64,000 nt of DNA from assembly GCF_018350175.1 (NCBI RefSeq), contig NC_058371.1:75144001-75208000 (forward strand), in the 5' to 3' direction. Numbering within the stretch: position 1 is the stretch's first letter; the number at the start of each line of letters is the position of its first letter. The position numbers and the translations under genes are program-made. This DNA comes from Felis catus (Eukaryota). Below the pieces are notes generated by a model that was given only the letters and a program-made list of their open reading frames with translations, did not search any database and had not been told where the DNA came from. Positions 38,064 to 49,656 of this stretch are shown one piece after another.

Positions 38064-38984
38064 CAGGACCCACTACATAATTTGTGGGGCCCAGTGCAAA
38101 ATACAAATTCAAACCCCCTCACTCAAAAAAGTGAAAAAAGTGCTGTGAATGGTAGGAAAATAGAAAGCTTTTTCCTTCTGTGTTTTTCTCTTGATTTGTC
38201 ATATTTTTTTATTTGCTCTATAATGTCATTTTAAATAAAGAAAAATTAAAAATTTAACTTATTAGCATAAACTTTACCTTTCATCTTTACATCATCCAGT
38301 ATCTATTTTAAATGTAAATATAAGAGTATTTAACTTGTATGCAGAATCACTGGAATTATGCAATTCATATTTCTTGGCTTGTCCCTGGAGGATGCCTGCA
38401 GTCTGCGGGGGGAGAAAAACACAAGCCCAAAACGTTGGAAGGAGAGAGAGAGAGATTCTCTCAGGCATGCAGTGGGCCCAGGAGAGCAAGTTCAGACCCT
38501 TAAGAGAAGCCCAGGGCACAATCAGGACACAGGGGGCTTAATGTTTGCCTGGTTTCCCTTCCTACAAACTGCTGGACCAATGCTCCATATCCAGGCCTGG
38601 GGAGAGAAAGTCCCACAGGCCCACCACCGCAAGAAGAGGATACCCCCAAGGATATTGCAACCTATGCTCCAGTACAGCCGTGTGCCTGGATCAGGGGTGG
38701 ACAAATCACCCCCTAATGCAGAGCAGAGTGGAGGGACGGTAGTGGTCATTAAGCAGGGCTGGGGAGAGGGGAGTAAAGGGGGCAGCGCTGGGTGCTGAGA
38801 ACCTGTCTTAAGAAGGTGGAGGGGCAGCAGGAAGCCCAGCACATGTTCCATGTCTCATTAGATTTCACTTACAAAACACAAACTCAAAGATAAAATAATT
38901 AAGAATATCAAGGCTGCAACCATAGTGCATCAGATTTGGGGCCGTGGATAACCACACTGCTTGCACACCCCTGACACCTCCTTG
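38064..38984 (-). mobile_element. MER45-family (MER45B-like) hAT-Tip100 transposon
   Basis: termini caggacccactacataatttgtggggcccagtgcaaaat and aattaagaatatcaagg...cttgcacacccctgacacctccttg. Confidence 0.75.
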
Positions 38985-39214
38985 ATCTCAAGTAATGACC
39001 CTGTCCCCCTGGGGAATGTCTGTCTACACTACAGCTGGAAGGGAATGGGTGAGAGTATAGATATCATTGGGAGTGCTGCAGATGGGACATACCTCTCAAT
39101 GACATCTTAGAAGGATTGCCCATCTGCTTAAGTCCTACTTTTTTTCGTCCTTTTTTTAACATGCATTTTTTTTTATTATGGTAACATATACATAATACCA
39201 TTTTAACCATTTTT

Positions 39215-39394
39215 TGATGGTTTTTTTTTTTTTGAGAGAGCACAAATGGGGGAAGGACAAAGAGAAGGGGACAGAGGATCTAAAGTGGGCTCCACGCTGA
39301 CAGCAGGGAGCCTGATGAGGAGCTCCAACTCATGAACCCTGGGATCATGACCTGAGCCGAAGTCTGATGCTCAACTGAGCCATTCAGGTGCCCC
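39215..39394 (-). mobile_element. Can-SINE
   Basis: TSD cattttaaccattttt / cattttgaccattttt. Confidence 0.95.
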
Positions 39395-39625
39395 CATTTT
39401 GACCATTTTTAAGTGAACAATTCAGTGTCCTTAAGCACATTCACATCGTGTGCAGCCATCAGCATCATCATCCTTCTTCAGAATGTTTTCATCTGGTAAA
39501 ACTGAAACTCTGTCTCATTAAACAGTAACTCTTCATTCCCTGCTGCCCCCAGCCCCCTGCAGCCGCCATTCTACTTCCTGTCTTTATGAATTTGACCACT
39601 CCAGGTACCACATTTAAGTGGAATC

Positions 39626-39803
39626 NNNNNNNNNNNNNNNNNNNNNNNNNNNNNNNNNNNNNNNNNNNNNNNNNNNNNNNNNNNNNNNNNNNNNNNNNNN
39701 NNNNNNNNNNNNNNNNNNNNNNNNNNNNNNNNNNNNNNNNNNNNNNNNNNNNNNNNNNNNNNNNNNNNNNNNNNNNNNNNNNNNNNNNNNNNNNNNNNNN
39801 NNN
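39626..39803. other. assembly gap (178 N)
   Basis: run of N. Confidence 1.
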
Positions 39804-40557
39804 TCCATGTTTTAGCTAAGGTGAATAATGCTGCTGGGAATGTGGGTGTGCAATTTATTGTCCTTTAACACTTGGTTCCTCTATCACTGAATGCACCTTT
39901 ACGTAGGATTGTACTGATGTCGTAGCTACTCTGTAGGGACCTGGGACCTCAGGGACATTCCAGGGTCATACTTGATGCCCCACTGAGTATTTGGTTTCTA
40001 GCCTGCCTAGACTGGCAATAACAGGAAAATGTTTCAGAAAGAGAAACCACTGAAGCATTATTTTTCTTTGTTTCTGCAAAACAACTTTGGTTTATTTTCT
40101 CTCATTTGAGGCTTTGTTTTCACCTATGCAAATGTGATTCATCTTTGAGCGCTGGAGAAGGGCCTTAACTAACATAATTACTTCACCAATCATTTCCTTG
40201 GCTATTGGAAATCATCTTTTTAGTGAGGTCGACTGCAGTTGCTTGAGCTCTATACAGACCCCAAATAACGAGCAAGCTTCTTTTCTTAACATGCTAATTA
40301 TTCTCTGAAGCGCGTGTTGTTTTAAAAGGCGGATTTAATTGGATGTTAAATCTGCAATTGAAAGATTAAATTATGAAATAAACAAACATATCAGTCTAAT
40401 AGGTCTTTGGAAAAAAAATTAGTCATTCCACTCCAGTTTTTGTTAAGTGCATATGCATTCAGATATATATTTAAATGCCCATTTTGCTGTACCTTGTAGC
40501 TCTCTACCTGAGTTTTTTCCTGGGCTGATTCCAAAGGAAATCATCTCAGGAGGCTGA

Positions 40558-40900
40558 GTAAGCTTAGGATTCTGGGAGCACTGGCCCCAAAATAACCTTT
40601 TGCTTAAAGACTTTACCTATATAAATGAAATTCATGAAATGTTGAGAAACCATTTTGAAATGAATAATGCTGAAGCGATTCCAAGGGGTATAATTTGGGA
40701 TGCATCAAAGGTGGTGGTTAGAGAATACATTTGCCTCACTGTAAGTTTAAAGGAAATCAAAGATCAAAACAGGTACATGTTCGAGAAGGAAATTAAGAAA
40801 TGAGAAGTACATCACAGCTATGTAAAAATCCCAAATGATTTTTTTTTCAGAAAATTATTTCAAGGCAAAGCAATACCCTTTTTAATAGAAAAGAATGTGA
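40558..40900 (+). mobile_element. ancient L1-clade ORF2 fragment (post-endonuclease region)
   Basis: HWPQNNLLLKDFTYINEIHEMLRNHFEMNN...IIWDASKVVVREYI matches the L1 pattern W.LN..LL....I.....FE.N....LWDA.KAV.RG. Confidence 0.65.
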
Positions 40901-41761
40901 CCCCCCCACACACAAGTTTATAAAGCAAGCTTCCTGGGAATAGGAAATAAAGATGAGTAGCTCTTCAACTTGACATTTTAAAAAGGAACAAGAAAGCAAA
41001 GATTTTTTTTCTCCCCCCCTAAAATAAGTACCCATCGGGGAGAATGGTAATACAGCCACAATACGAAGTTTCTTTAAACATGGATGCCCAGGGCTGGGGA
41101 GATGAGAGGGATATGCAACATACTCCACCATGTTTCAGTCAGCTACACTAGACTAAGTACAGACGCATCTCCAGCGTAAGACTGTTGCTCTTCCCCAGAG
41201 ACAGGGGTCGGGTGTGTGAAAGGGGGAGCCAGGTGACGGCATCTTCTCCCTGTTGTCCTCGCCTCTTAGGAAAATACCGTATTAGGTAGGTACCTCAAGG
41301 GGAAAATTCTAGTACGTTGTTTGGAGAAAGATACTCTCTTTCATTGATAGTTTATCAAACAACCATCATTTACCCCTAAATCAGATGAATTTTTAGCACA
41401 TTACTTTTCCATGTTTTAACACTTGGTAATGAGATTTTCTTGAAGGCGTCATTCCAGGAGTAGTACATTCGCCAAAATAATACCTTTTGTTGATCAAGCC
41501 TTTAATTTTCATCTCATGAAATTCCTTGTCTTTCATTTACTGTCTACTTGTTAGGTGATGCTACGACATTCTAACAGCATAGAGTGACCGGGTCTGAACA
41601 CCGTTTGAAATCTAGAAAATTTGTCCTTATATTGTTAGTTTTTAGGTGTGAAAATGGCAATATAGTTATGGTTAAAAAAAAGGGGGGGAGTTTTGTCTTT
41701 TACAGAAGTATTGAACTATTTCCGGATAAAATGATGTAGTGTTTTCTTTAGAAAGAATATA

Positions 41762-41985
41762 GGGGCGCCTGGGTGGCTCAGTCAGTTGAGCGTCCGACTT
41801 CGGCTCAGGTCATGATCTCATGGTGTGTGAGTTCCAGCCCCGCGTCAGGCTCTGTGCTGATGGCTCAGAGCCTGGAGCCTGTTTCAGATTCTGTGTCTCC
41901 CTCTCTCTCTGCCCCTCCCCCGTTCATGCTCTGTCTCTCTCTGTCTCAAAAATAAATAAACGTTAAAAAAAAAATTAAAAAAAAA
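41762..41985 (+). mobile_element. felid Can-SINE
   Basis: full consensus with A-tail. Confidence 0.97.
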
Positions 41986-42191
41986 TCCTGTGAGGAGAGG
42001 TTATTTTTAAAAATCCTATTCTACAAAAGAGGAAACTGAGGTAGGAGAAGTTAATTGACTTGATGGTCTATATAGCTTAGAATACCTTTGGTTGCAATTA
42101 AATAATAAACCAAGCTCAAACTGTTTCAAACAATGAAAAGAAATTATGAGCTAAGGTAACTCAGTAAATCCCAAAATGCAGCAGATTTTAG

Positions 42192-42324
42192 NNNNNNNNN
42201 NNNNNNNNNNNNNNNNNNNNNNNNNNNNNNNNNNNNNNNNNNNNNNNNNNNNNNNNNNNNNNNNNNNNNNNNNNNNNNNNNNNNNNNNNNNNNNNNNNNN
42301 NNNNNNNNNNNNNNNNNNNNNNNN
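42192..42324. other. assembly gap (133 N)
   Basis: run of N. Confidence 1.
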
Positions 42325-42469
42325 GAGAAAGGGAGACACAGAATCTGAAGTAGGCTCCAGACTCTGAGGTGTCAGCACAGAGCCCGACGCGGGGCTCGAA
42401 CAGATGAACTGCAAGTTCATGACCTGAGCCAATGTCAGATGCTTAACCAACTGAGCCACCCGGGCACCC
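42325..42469 (-). mobile_element. Can-SINE (tail side lost in gap)
   Basis: ends ctgagccacccgggcaccc. Confidence 0.93.
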
Positions 42470-42681
42470 AAATGTCTGTTTATTTTTGAGACAGAGAGAG
42501 ATAGAGTGTGAGCTGGGGAGGGGCAGAGAGAGAGGGAGACACAGAATCTGAAGCAGGCTCCAGGCTCTCAGCTGTCAGCAGAGACCCCCATGCGGGGCTC
42601 AAACTCACAAATCATGAGATCATGACCTGAGCCAAAGTCGGACGCTTAACGGACTGAGCCACTGAGCCACAGGGGCACCCC
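42470..42681 (-). mobile_element. Can-SINE, directly abutting the previous copy
   Basis: full body with internal ctgagccac duplication. Confidence 0.93.
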
Positions 42682-43545
42682 TCTGTCAGGGTTTTGATTC
42701 TTGTGTCTCCAAGATTCTCCAGATTCTGCTTCCTTCCATGCACTGGCCTCATCTGCAGACCAGCTTCCCTCATAGCAACGGAGAGGCTATGGCAGCCTCA
42801 GGTCTCATGTGGGCATAACATAATCGGGGCAAGAAAGGCTCCTGTCTCCCCAGCTAGTCTAGTAGTAGACTTCCCAGTGGTCTCTGCGCCTGTCCATTCA
42901 TGGAGAGGAAGGACTGGGAGAAATAAATCTAAGGTGGCCCAGCTTGGTGGTTGAGCAGAAGGAGAATGTTGGTGGTCATTTCTGGTTTGGGGAAAAGCAA
43001 AAGGGATTGTGGGAAGAAAGACCCAATGGAGAACTTTTGTCTTTCATCTGGAAGAAGTGGAGAGAGGTTAGGATAGAGAGACAGGCTCTGTTCTGTTTTG
43101 TTTTCAGTGATGTTTGCTGTGCACCTATAATTCACTCTTTCCTTTAACATTTGCTAGAGAGATAACACAAAGGATTGAAATAGTAGTAATTCATTTAAAT
43201 TGTTGGATTGTGCTTTTCCGAACATGACCCTGCGCCGAGAATGGACCATATGGGACTCTAGGTTTTGTTTGAGTTGCATAATAAACTGAAGCAAGATACA
43301 AGCAAGAGCCAAAAAAGAGTAATATGGGCAACGTGCGTCGTGGCTGTTTAGAAACTGAGGGCTGCTGGACGTGGGAAAGGGCTGATAGAGGAGGCAGGAT
43401 TTGATGTTGAGGAATGCAGAAGCTTTGGTTGGTTAAGCTGGCAAAGTAAAAAGTTTGGGACTATGCATAGAAAATCACATGAGCTTGGGGATAAAGCAGA
43501 GAGTCTGTGTCGGGAAGCAGTAGGTTGAATGGTAAGGATACAAAT

Positions 43546-43722
43546 AGCTAACATTTATTGAGCACTTAATATGTGCCAGATGCGGATCATATTTTAACTG
43601 GCATATTTTAACTCATTTTAATTCTCATTAAAACACGGAAAGGTTAACTGCTTTGCCAGAGGTCCCACAGCCGGTAAATCGTAGAGCCAAGATTTACATC
43701 CTGGGAGTGTGACTTTGGCCCA
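43546..43722 (-). mobile_element. MIR SINE
   Basis: agctaacatttattgagcacttaatatgtgccag...aggttaactgctttgccagaggtcccacag. Confidence 0.75.
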
Positions 43723-44229
43723 TTCTCTTCGCAACTACACAGGCCGGGGGCCAGTCAGGGGAACGGCTCTCTCTCATGGGCAGCGGTGACTTGCCAGAGG
43801 AGAAACACGTGGAAAGCAGAAATTTAGAAAACATTCGTCTTGTGGTATATTAAACAAATCTTCCACGAGGAGAGCGTGCAGGTAGTGAGGGTAAAGAGAG
43901 GAAGGCCCAGACAAAGGTAGTGTCAGTGGGAAAGTATGAACAGATTCAGTGTCTCCACAAGACTAAAGAGAGACAGCCTCAATATTCAGACACAATTAAT
44001 CAGATTTGTCTCTCCTCACTGGCCCCTGAGGAACAGACCCTTGATGGTGGCCTTGGATTAATAGGAAAGGTGAGGAAATGCCCAGAGTTGAAGCACAGCC
44101 TAAGAACAGGAAAATACAGGACCAGGGCATCCGAGTGGCCAGGGAGCAAGAGGAGGTCGTCAGGTGGAGAGCTGGGAGGACTCTCCCAAAATTCATTGTG
44201 TGCTAGCAGTTTAAAAGCCAAATGCCGCC

Positions 44230-44520
44230 CATGCAGCTATTGATACATTACACTAGTTAGAACAATGAATTGAGCGTATATACAGCTACGTGGATAGAGC
44301 TCAAAAATCCAAAGATGAGTAACAACAGAAGACACAGAAAGAAATTCACAGCACAGCACCACTGATGTAATTCAGAAACCTCGTACACCCGCAAAGCCAA
44401 ACCACACATTTTACGAGGGTATAGTCATTCAAGGATGTGTACGCGTCAGGTTCGTCAGGGTGGGCACCTACAGGAAGGAAGGAAGGCTGGAATGGAAGAG
44501 ACCTCCTCCCAGCAAGAGGG
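44230..44520 (+). mobile_element. old L1 (L1ME-like) 3' fragment
   Basis: acaatgaattgagcgtatatacagctacgtggatagagctcaaaaat. Confidence 0.55.
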
Positions 44521-44950
44521 GACTGCAGATGGATGATGATGGTGCGGCTTGAACTGGGGGTAGGGCCACCTCACCCACCTGCACCTTCCCCAACGAGGGC
44601 AAAGGGGCAAGAGATGATCTTGGCTGACTGCGCACTGCCCAGGGCTGGCCCAGGGGGAGAATCACTGCAGGCCAGGTCTAGCTCCTTCTGTCTCTCCTGT
44701 TTCTGGTGCTTTTGAACAGGGGTACAGATAACTCTCCCACCAGGAGCTGCCAGAGCAGGGCACAGGCTGAGGGATGGCAAGGTGGTGGAGCGAGAAAAGC
44801 ATACGAGTGGCCTAGTTCTGCCACATCTGGCTGTGGGACCCAGCCAACCCATTTCCTCCCTCTGGGCCTGGTTTTCTCATCCGTAAAAACGGAGCGTTTG
44901 CATTGCACTTTCTCTAAAGTCCCTTCCAGCTCTAAAATTTCTATTCTCCC

Positions 44951-45182
44951 AAGGCACCTGGGTGGTTGAATCGGTTGAGCGGTCTGACTTTGGCTCAGGT
45001 CATGATCTCACTGTTTGTGAGTTCAAGCCCTGCATCAGGTTCTCTGCTGTTAGCAGGGAGCCTGCTTCGGATCCTCTGTTCTCCTCTCTCTCTGCCCCTC
45101 CCCCACTAGCACACACGCGCGCACGCGCGCACACACACACACACACACACTCTCTCTCTCTCTCTCAAAAATACATGAACGT
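44951..45182 (+). mobile_element. Can-SINE with internal (CA)/(CG)/(CT) microsatellite
   Basis: 18-bp TSD with 2 mismatches (44933-44950 / 45183-45200). Confidence 0.95.
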
Positions 45183-45504
45183 TAAAATTCCTATCCTCCC
45201 TCCCACCCTAGGAAAGAAACCCACACATCGCAAGGAAAGTCTACCTCCCCTTTCTCGCACCTCTGAGACATTCCGGAGTGTGTGCACAGGCTCCACAATT
45301 CACTTTCATGGCCAGTGAAAATAAAGCTGATCTGTCAATGACTTCTCAACACGCTGACTTGGGAATTACAAATAAATTTCTGCAGCTGTTATATTGTGTT
45401 TATAATGTTGTTCGTATGAATTTATGAAACTTGTGAAACCCTAAACATTTGTCTTCCTTGAAAGGAAGGAGTTAGGTTTGGTCACCAAAATGAACCATGC
45501 CTCT

Positions 45505-45506
45505 GC

Positions 45507-45537
<31 letters not shown>

Positions 45538-45550
45538 CGTGCACGTGTGT
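45505..45550. repeat. (GT)n / alternating purine-pyrimidine tract
   Basis: directly visible. Confidence 0.95.
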
Positions 45551-46061
45551 AGGGGAAATGTGTCTGATTGCTGTAATTTTCCTTTCAGTAATGGACTGAT
45601 TTCCACTTCTAGGCAGGAACACCCAATCAATCGATACTGTTGACTGCTGCCACAATTGCCATGGTTTAACACATTACCCCTTTTATTTGTACTCCTGTGT
45701 ATCTCTTCTGTGTTTGACAACCTCTTTCTCTGAGCAAGGAAGGATCCCTTCCAGTTCCCCCAATTCACTTGTTTTGATCCTATTGTTTGTTACAATGCAG
45801 GTGTGAACTATTTATAAGTTTGCCTACGTAACAGATTTGGAGGCAGATTACTTATAGAGTCAGAATCTGTTACATGTGAAGCACTAAGGAAGCTCAGACT
45901 GGAAAAGGGAGTATGAGACGTGTTTCTACTAGAGGTGGTAACGTTCTGTCTGTTGATCAGGAAGCTGGTTACACAGGTACATTCAGTTTGGGAAAAATTC
46001 ATCAAGCTATACAGTTACATGCCCTTTCTGTATGTAAATTATATTCCAATAAATTTTTCTC

Positions 46062-46240
46062 TTTTTTTTAATGTTGATTTATTCTTCAGTGAGAGGAGAG
46101 GAGACACAGAATCCAAAGCAGGCTCCAAGCTCCGAGCTGTCAGCACAGAGACTGTTGTGGGGCTCGAACTCACAAACTATGAGAGATCCTGACCTGAGCT
46201 GAAGTCGGATACTTCACCATCTGAGCCACCCAGGCTCCCC
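46062..46240 (-). mobile_element. Can-SINE
   Basis: flanked by aaatttttc(t/c)ctttt TSD-like repeats. Confidence 0.95.
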
Positions 46241-46594
46241 AAATTTTTCCCTTTTAAACCCAAGTACTTGAAGTCACCAGTATCTCTCATCTTCGTAAGG
46301 ATGTCTAGCGGTTAATTATCCACTAATCCACTAATTATCCACTAATTATCATTTAGTGGATTTAAATTACTACTGGTCAGATTGAATCTCAGATTCGTAG
46401 AATTTTAAACGTAGATCTCAAAAATAATTTAGTTTAATTCCTTTTTTTTTTTTTTTTTTTTTACAGCTGAGGAAATGCAGGCCTGGAGAAGTGGCTTGCC
46501 CAAACCCACACAGAGGTGAAGACACGGTCAGCCTCGCCCCCTCCTCTTGGCCAGCTACAGATACAGTAATGGTACCATCAAAAAGACCTAAGCT

Positions 46595-46810
46595 GGGGCG
46601 CCTGGGTGGCTCAGTCAGTTGAGCGTCCGACTTCGGCTCAGGTCATGATCTCACAGTTCGTGGGTTCGAGCCCCGCATCGGGCTCTGTGCTGACAGCTCA
46701 GAGCCTGGAGCCTCTTTCAGATTCTGTGTCTCCCTCTCTCTCTGCCCCTCCCCTGTTCGCGCTCTGTCTCTGTCTCAAGAATAAATAAACATTAGAAAAA
46801 TTAAAAAAAA
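46595..46810 (+). mobile_element. felid Can-SINE
   Basis: full consensus; TSD core acctaagct. Confidence 0.97.
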
Positions 46811-49612
46811 TACCTAAGCTGTTGGAGACAAATATACCTACTCACACAATTCTTTGGTGCTCTCAGTCTAAAATGAGGAATTATTAAAGAAGATAATTTG
46901 CCAGCGACTGAAATGTGCTGCTTACAAATAGGGGTATTTTTTTTTTAAGTTTAAAATTAAGATAGTTCTAGAAATGCAGAACAAGGCAATGACTATGTCT
47001 GCTTGCCTCCTCCTCCCCCAGCACGTGAGATGCTTGGAGCAGGTAGCCAAGAACCCTTGGTGGGGGAGGCCCAGAAGAGGAGCATGGATGTCTGGCAAGA
47101 ATACCTCACTCCTATGCTGCCAGTCAGCCTTGTCTTCAACTTCTAAATGGGGTACCAACCCCCCCCCCCCGCCAATTGGGGAAGATCTACATGCACTCAA
47201 TTATGCAGAAGTATGAGCTCGCAGTGGCAAACTTGCATTTTACTCAGGATTTTTTGCTACCTGTTCTGCCTGGAAGAGGCACATAAAATAAATAGTGTGA
47301 GTCGTTTGGGCAGTGGACTGGAAACTCACAATCTATAACTCAGGTTACCTGTGTCGGTGTGGGAAATGCTGTACTGGTAATTTCAAACGAATAAAATGGG
47401 TTTGGGGAAGAAGGTGGGATGGAGAGAAGGGAAGGGGAGGAAGTCGCAGCTGGAGAAAAAAAAACAGAGAGTGAGAAAGAATGCCCCAAATGGGGAGCAT
47501 TGTCACTGAAGTTTGTGCTTTGGAGCAAAAGGCAGGCCTTTCTCTGGCAGGGCAAGTGCTGAATTCCACAGGCGAGGAAGACAAAAGGCTTTAAGCAAGG
47601 ATTCAAATAGGGAAACTCATAACCCCTATTTGTTGTACTAGAATGAAAAGCTTATACCTGGAGTTTATTTAGTTTCCCCCGTTGTAATTGTCTCTGGCCG
47701 CATGTACAGTAGGAAATACCAAAAGGGGCGGGAAACACTGGGCCCCACAGTTTCTCGACCCGATGACTGTGGCCTGTCAAGCGGGCCTAGATAAGGCCAA
47801 CAATTCACCTTGTTTGACCTCCAGAAGGTTAGGCAATCAGATAAGGTGGCCCAGGGAGCACCAGGAAAAGCCAACAAGTTCTTGTTGCTATTAGGACTTA
47901 AAACTTTTTTAGCAGTGGGGGCCCCAGCCAGGCTTCAAGAATCCACAGGTGACTTTGTTTGGGGAATACCCTTTCCTAGCCCCTCACCCAGCACAAAAGG
48001 GATTTGGCTTTCTCAAACTGTATGTCAGCAAAAGCCCTGGTGAAGTCCAGCCTGGCCTCCCCATCACTGGCCCTCTGGCCGAAGCTCCCTCTCAGCCGGA
48101 CCTGGGTGGATGCTCACCAGTTCAGCCCAGGCTGCTACTTTCCCCCTACTCTTGTCCTCCCCAAGGCCTAGTGGAAGGAGCTGGAGAAGCTACCAGAAGT
48201 TTGGGATCTAGACCCACGGTAAGACCACTTTCCCAGGGGCAACAGAGAGCACGGGTGGCCAGCCAGGATTTCCCCCAATCTAGCGCCCTATTCAGGGTTG
48301 TAATCCCTGTTGCTGGAGGGCGGGGTCTGCCCTTAACCTCAACTATGGCTCATTTCAGGTCCTTAGAGAATGGTTGTGAGGTTGCCGGCCCCGCGACCCT
48401 GGTCAGGGTCACAGCGGGGAATTACAACCAGAAACATGGCACTCGGTCCTCATGGCTCTAGCCACCCCTGCTTTCTAGACCCACCCAAATCTAGCAAGGA
48501 GGTGACCCTGAGCCTCAAGAAGCATGAGCAGTTGGGAGGCCTCTGTGTGAGTTTCACTCTTACCTAGGATATCTTGACATGACTACGTGTGGTGACGTTT
48601 CCATTGTCCGTTTTTGGATTTTCCTCTTTTCTAACAAAATGGGCCATAGGGAAGGGAGAGTGTGTGGTGGGGGGAAGCACGAGGGGGGTCCAGCTGAGGC
48701 ATGTGTAAGGTCTGACACATTCAAAAACCTAGCGAGGCTTCAGTCATCCTAAGACTCAACAAATGTTTACTGAGCTCCTATCTTCTGGTGAGCATAGCTC
48801 TAAAACTTCCAGACCAGAAATAAGCAAAACAGACCTTGGACTTCGTGGAGTTTGTATTCTAGTTGGAGATATGGGAAAAGTGACTTGAAAAAATTGAGGG
48901 ACTTGTTCTACTAAGGAAAATGCAGCAGGGAGAGGGACAGGGAGTGCTAGGTTGAAGGAGTATGGTTTTAAATAGCGTGGGCAGGGAAGGTCTCACTGAC
49001 TGCCCTACAGTTTGGGGATTGTTGCTGTTTTGAAATATTTCCACCTCTGCTTCCCCTTTGCCAAGTGCGTGGATGATGGAGATAAAGTCAATAATCCAAA
49101 GCCCTGTCTTCCTCAGTCTGTATCTCCAAAATAAGACACCCATTCCTCTCAAATATCCAAATCACAAAGGCCCGGGCCCCACCTGTCAAATCAGCAGAAA
49201 GGTCAGACTTTTCTTAGGTTTCCCTCCCCAAATACTACTGAGAGTCACTGGGGTGGGTTGGTCTTGTCCATTATTCAGTCCCTGGTTTGCCTGCCTGCTG
49301 CCACCTTCCCGGAGAGGGAACCACTACAGGTACCTGGGGGCTGAGGATGTCCAACCTGCTTGGCCTTTACCCTGGCCTCGCAGGTGGCCAGCTGTGCACT
49401 TCATTTGCTGGTTTGGAGAAGCCCTGATGGGCTCACATTCATTTTCATGTCCACGTTGTTCTTCTACTACTCCTGCGGATCTTTGATCATTGACCTTGGC
49501 ATCACCTTTCTCAGCTTCTGACCCAGCATATCCCTTCAACTTCCAAGTATGGATCACCTTCCTTAAGTAAACTTTCTCTCGGGGCTGTATTTTTTTTTTT
49601 TGGATGCAGTTT

Positions 49613-49656
49613 GGGGTCACCTGAATGGCTCAGTGGATTAAGCAACTGACTCTTAA
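49613..49656 (+). mobile_element. Can-SINE 5' stub only
   Basis: ggggtcacctgaatggctcagtggattaagcaactgactctt then no SINE body. Confidence 0.75.

Larger units (their letters stand above)
39165..39853 (-). mobile_element. L1MB-like 3' end, split by a SINE and a gap
   Basis: cagaatgttttcatctggtaaaactgaaactctgtctcattaaac...ttctacttcctgtctttatgaatttgacc. Confidence 0.85.

Noticed and set aside
38358-38798. 146-aa ORF and overlapping ORFs
   Set aside because: Internal to the MER45-family transposon; no transposase motifs seen
2545-42471. ORFs that run through N gaps
   Set aside because: Artefacts: Ns hide stop codons
47949-48461. 170-aa ORF as a single-exon gene
   Set aside because: GC-rich, non-ATG start, no recognisable domain; only the internal 53-nt segment is kept as an exon candidate
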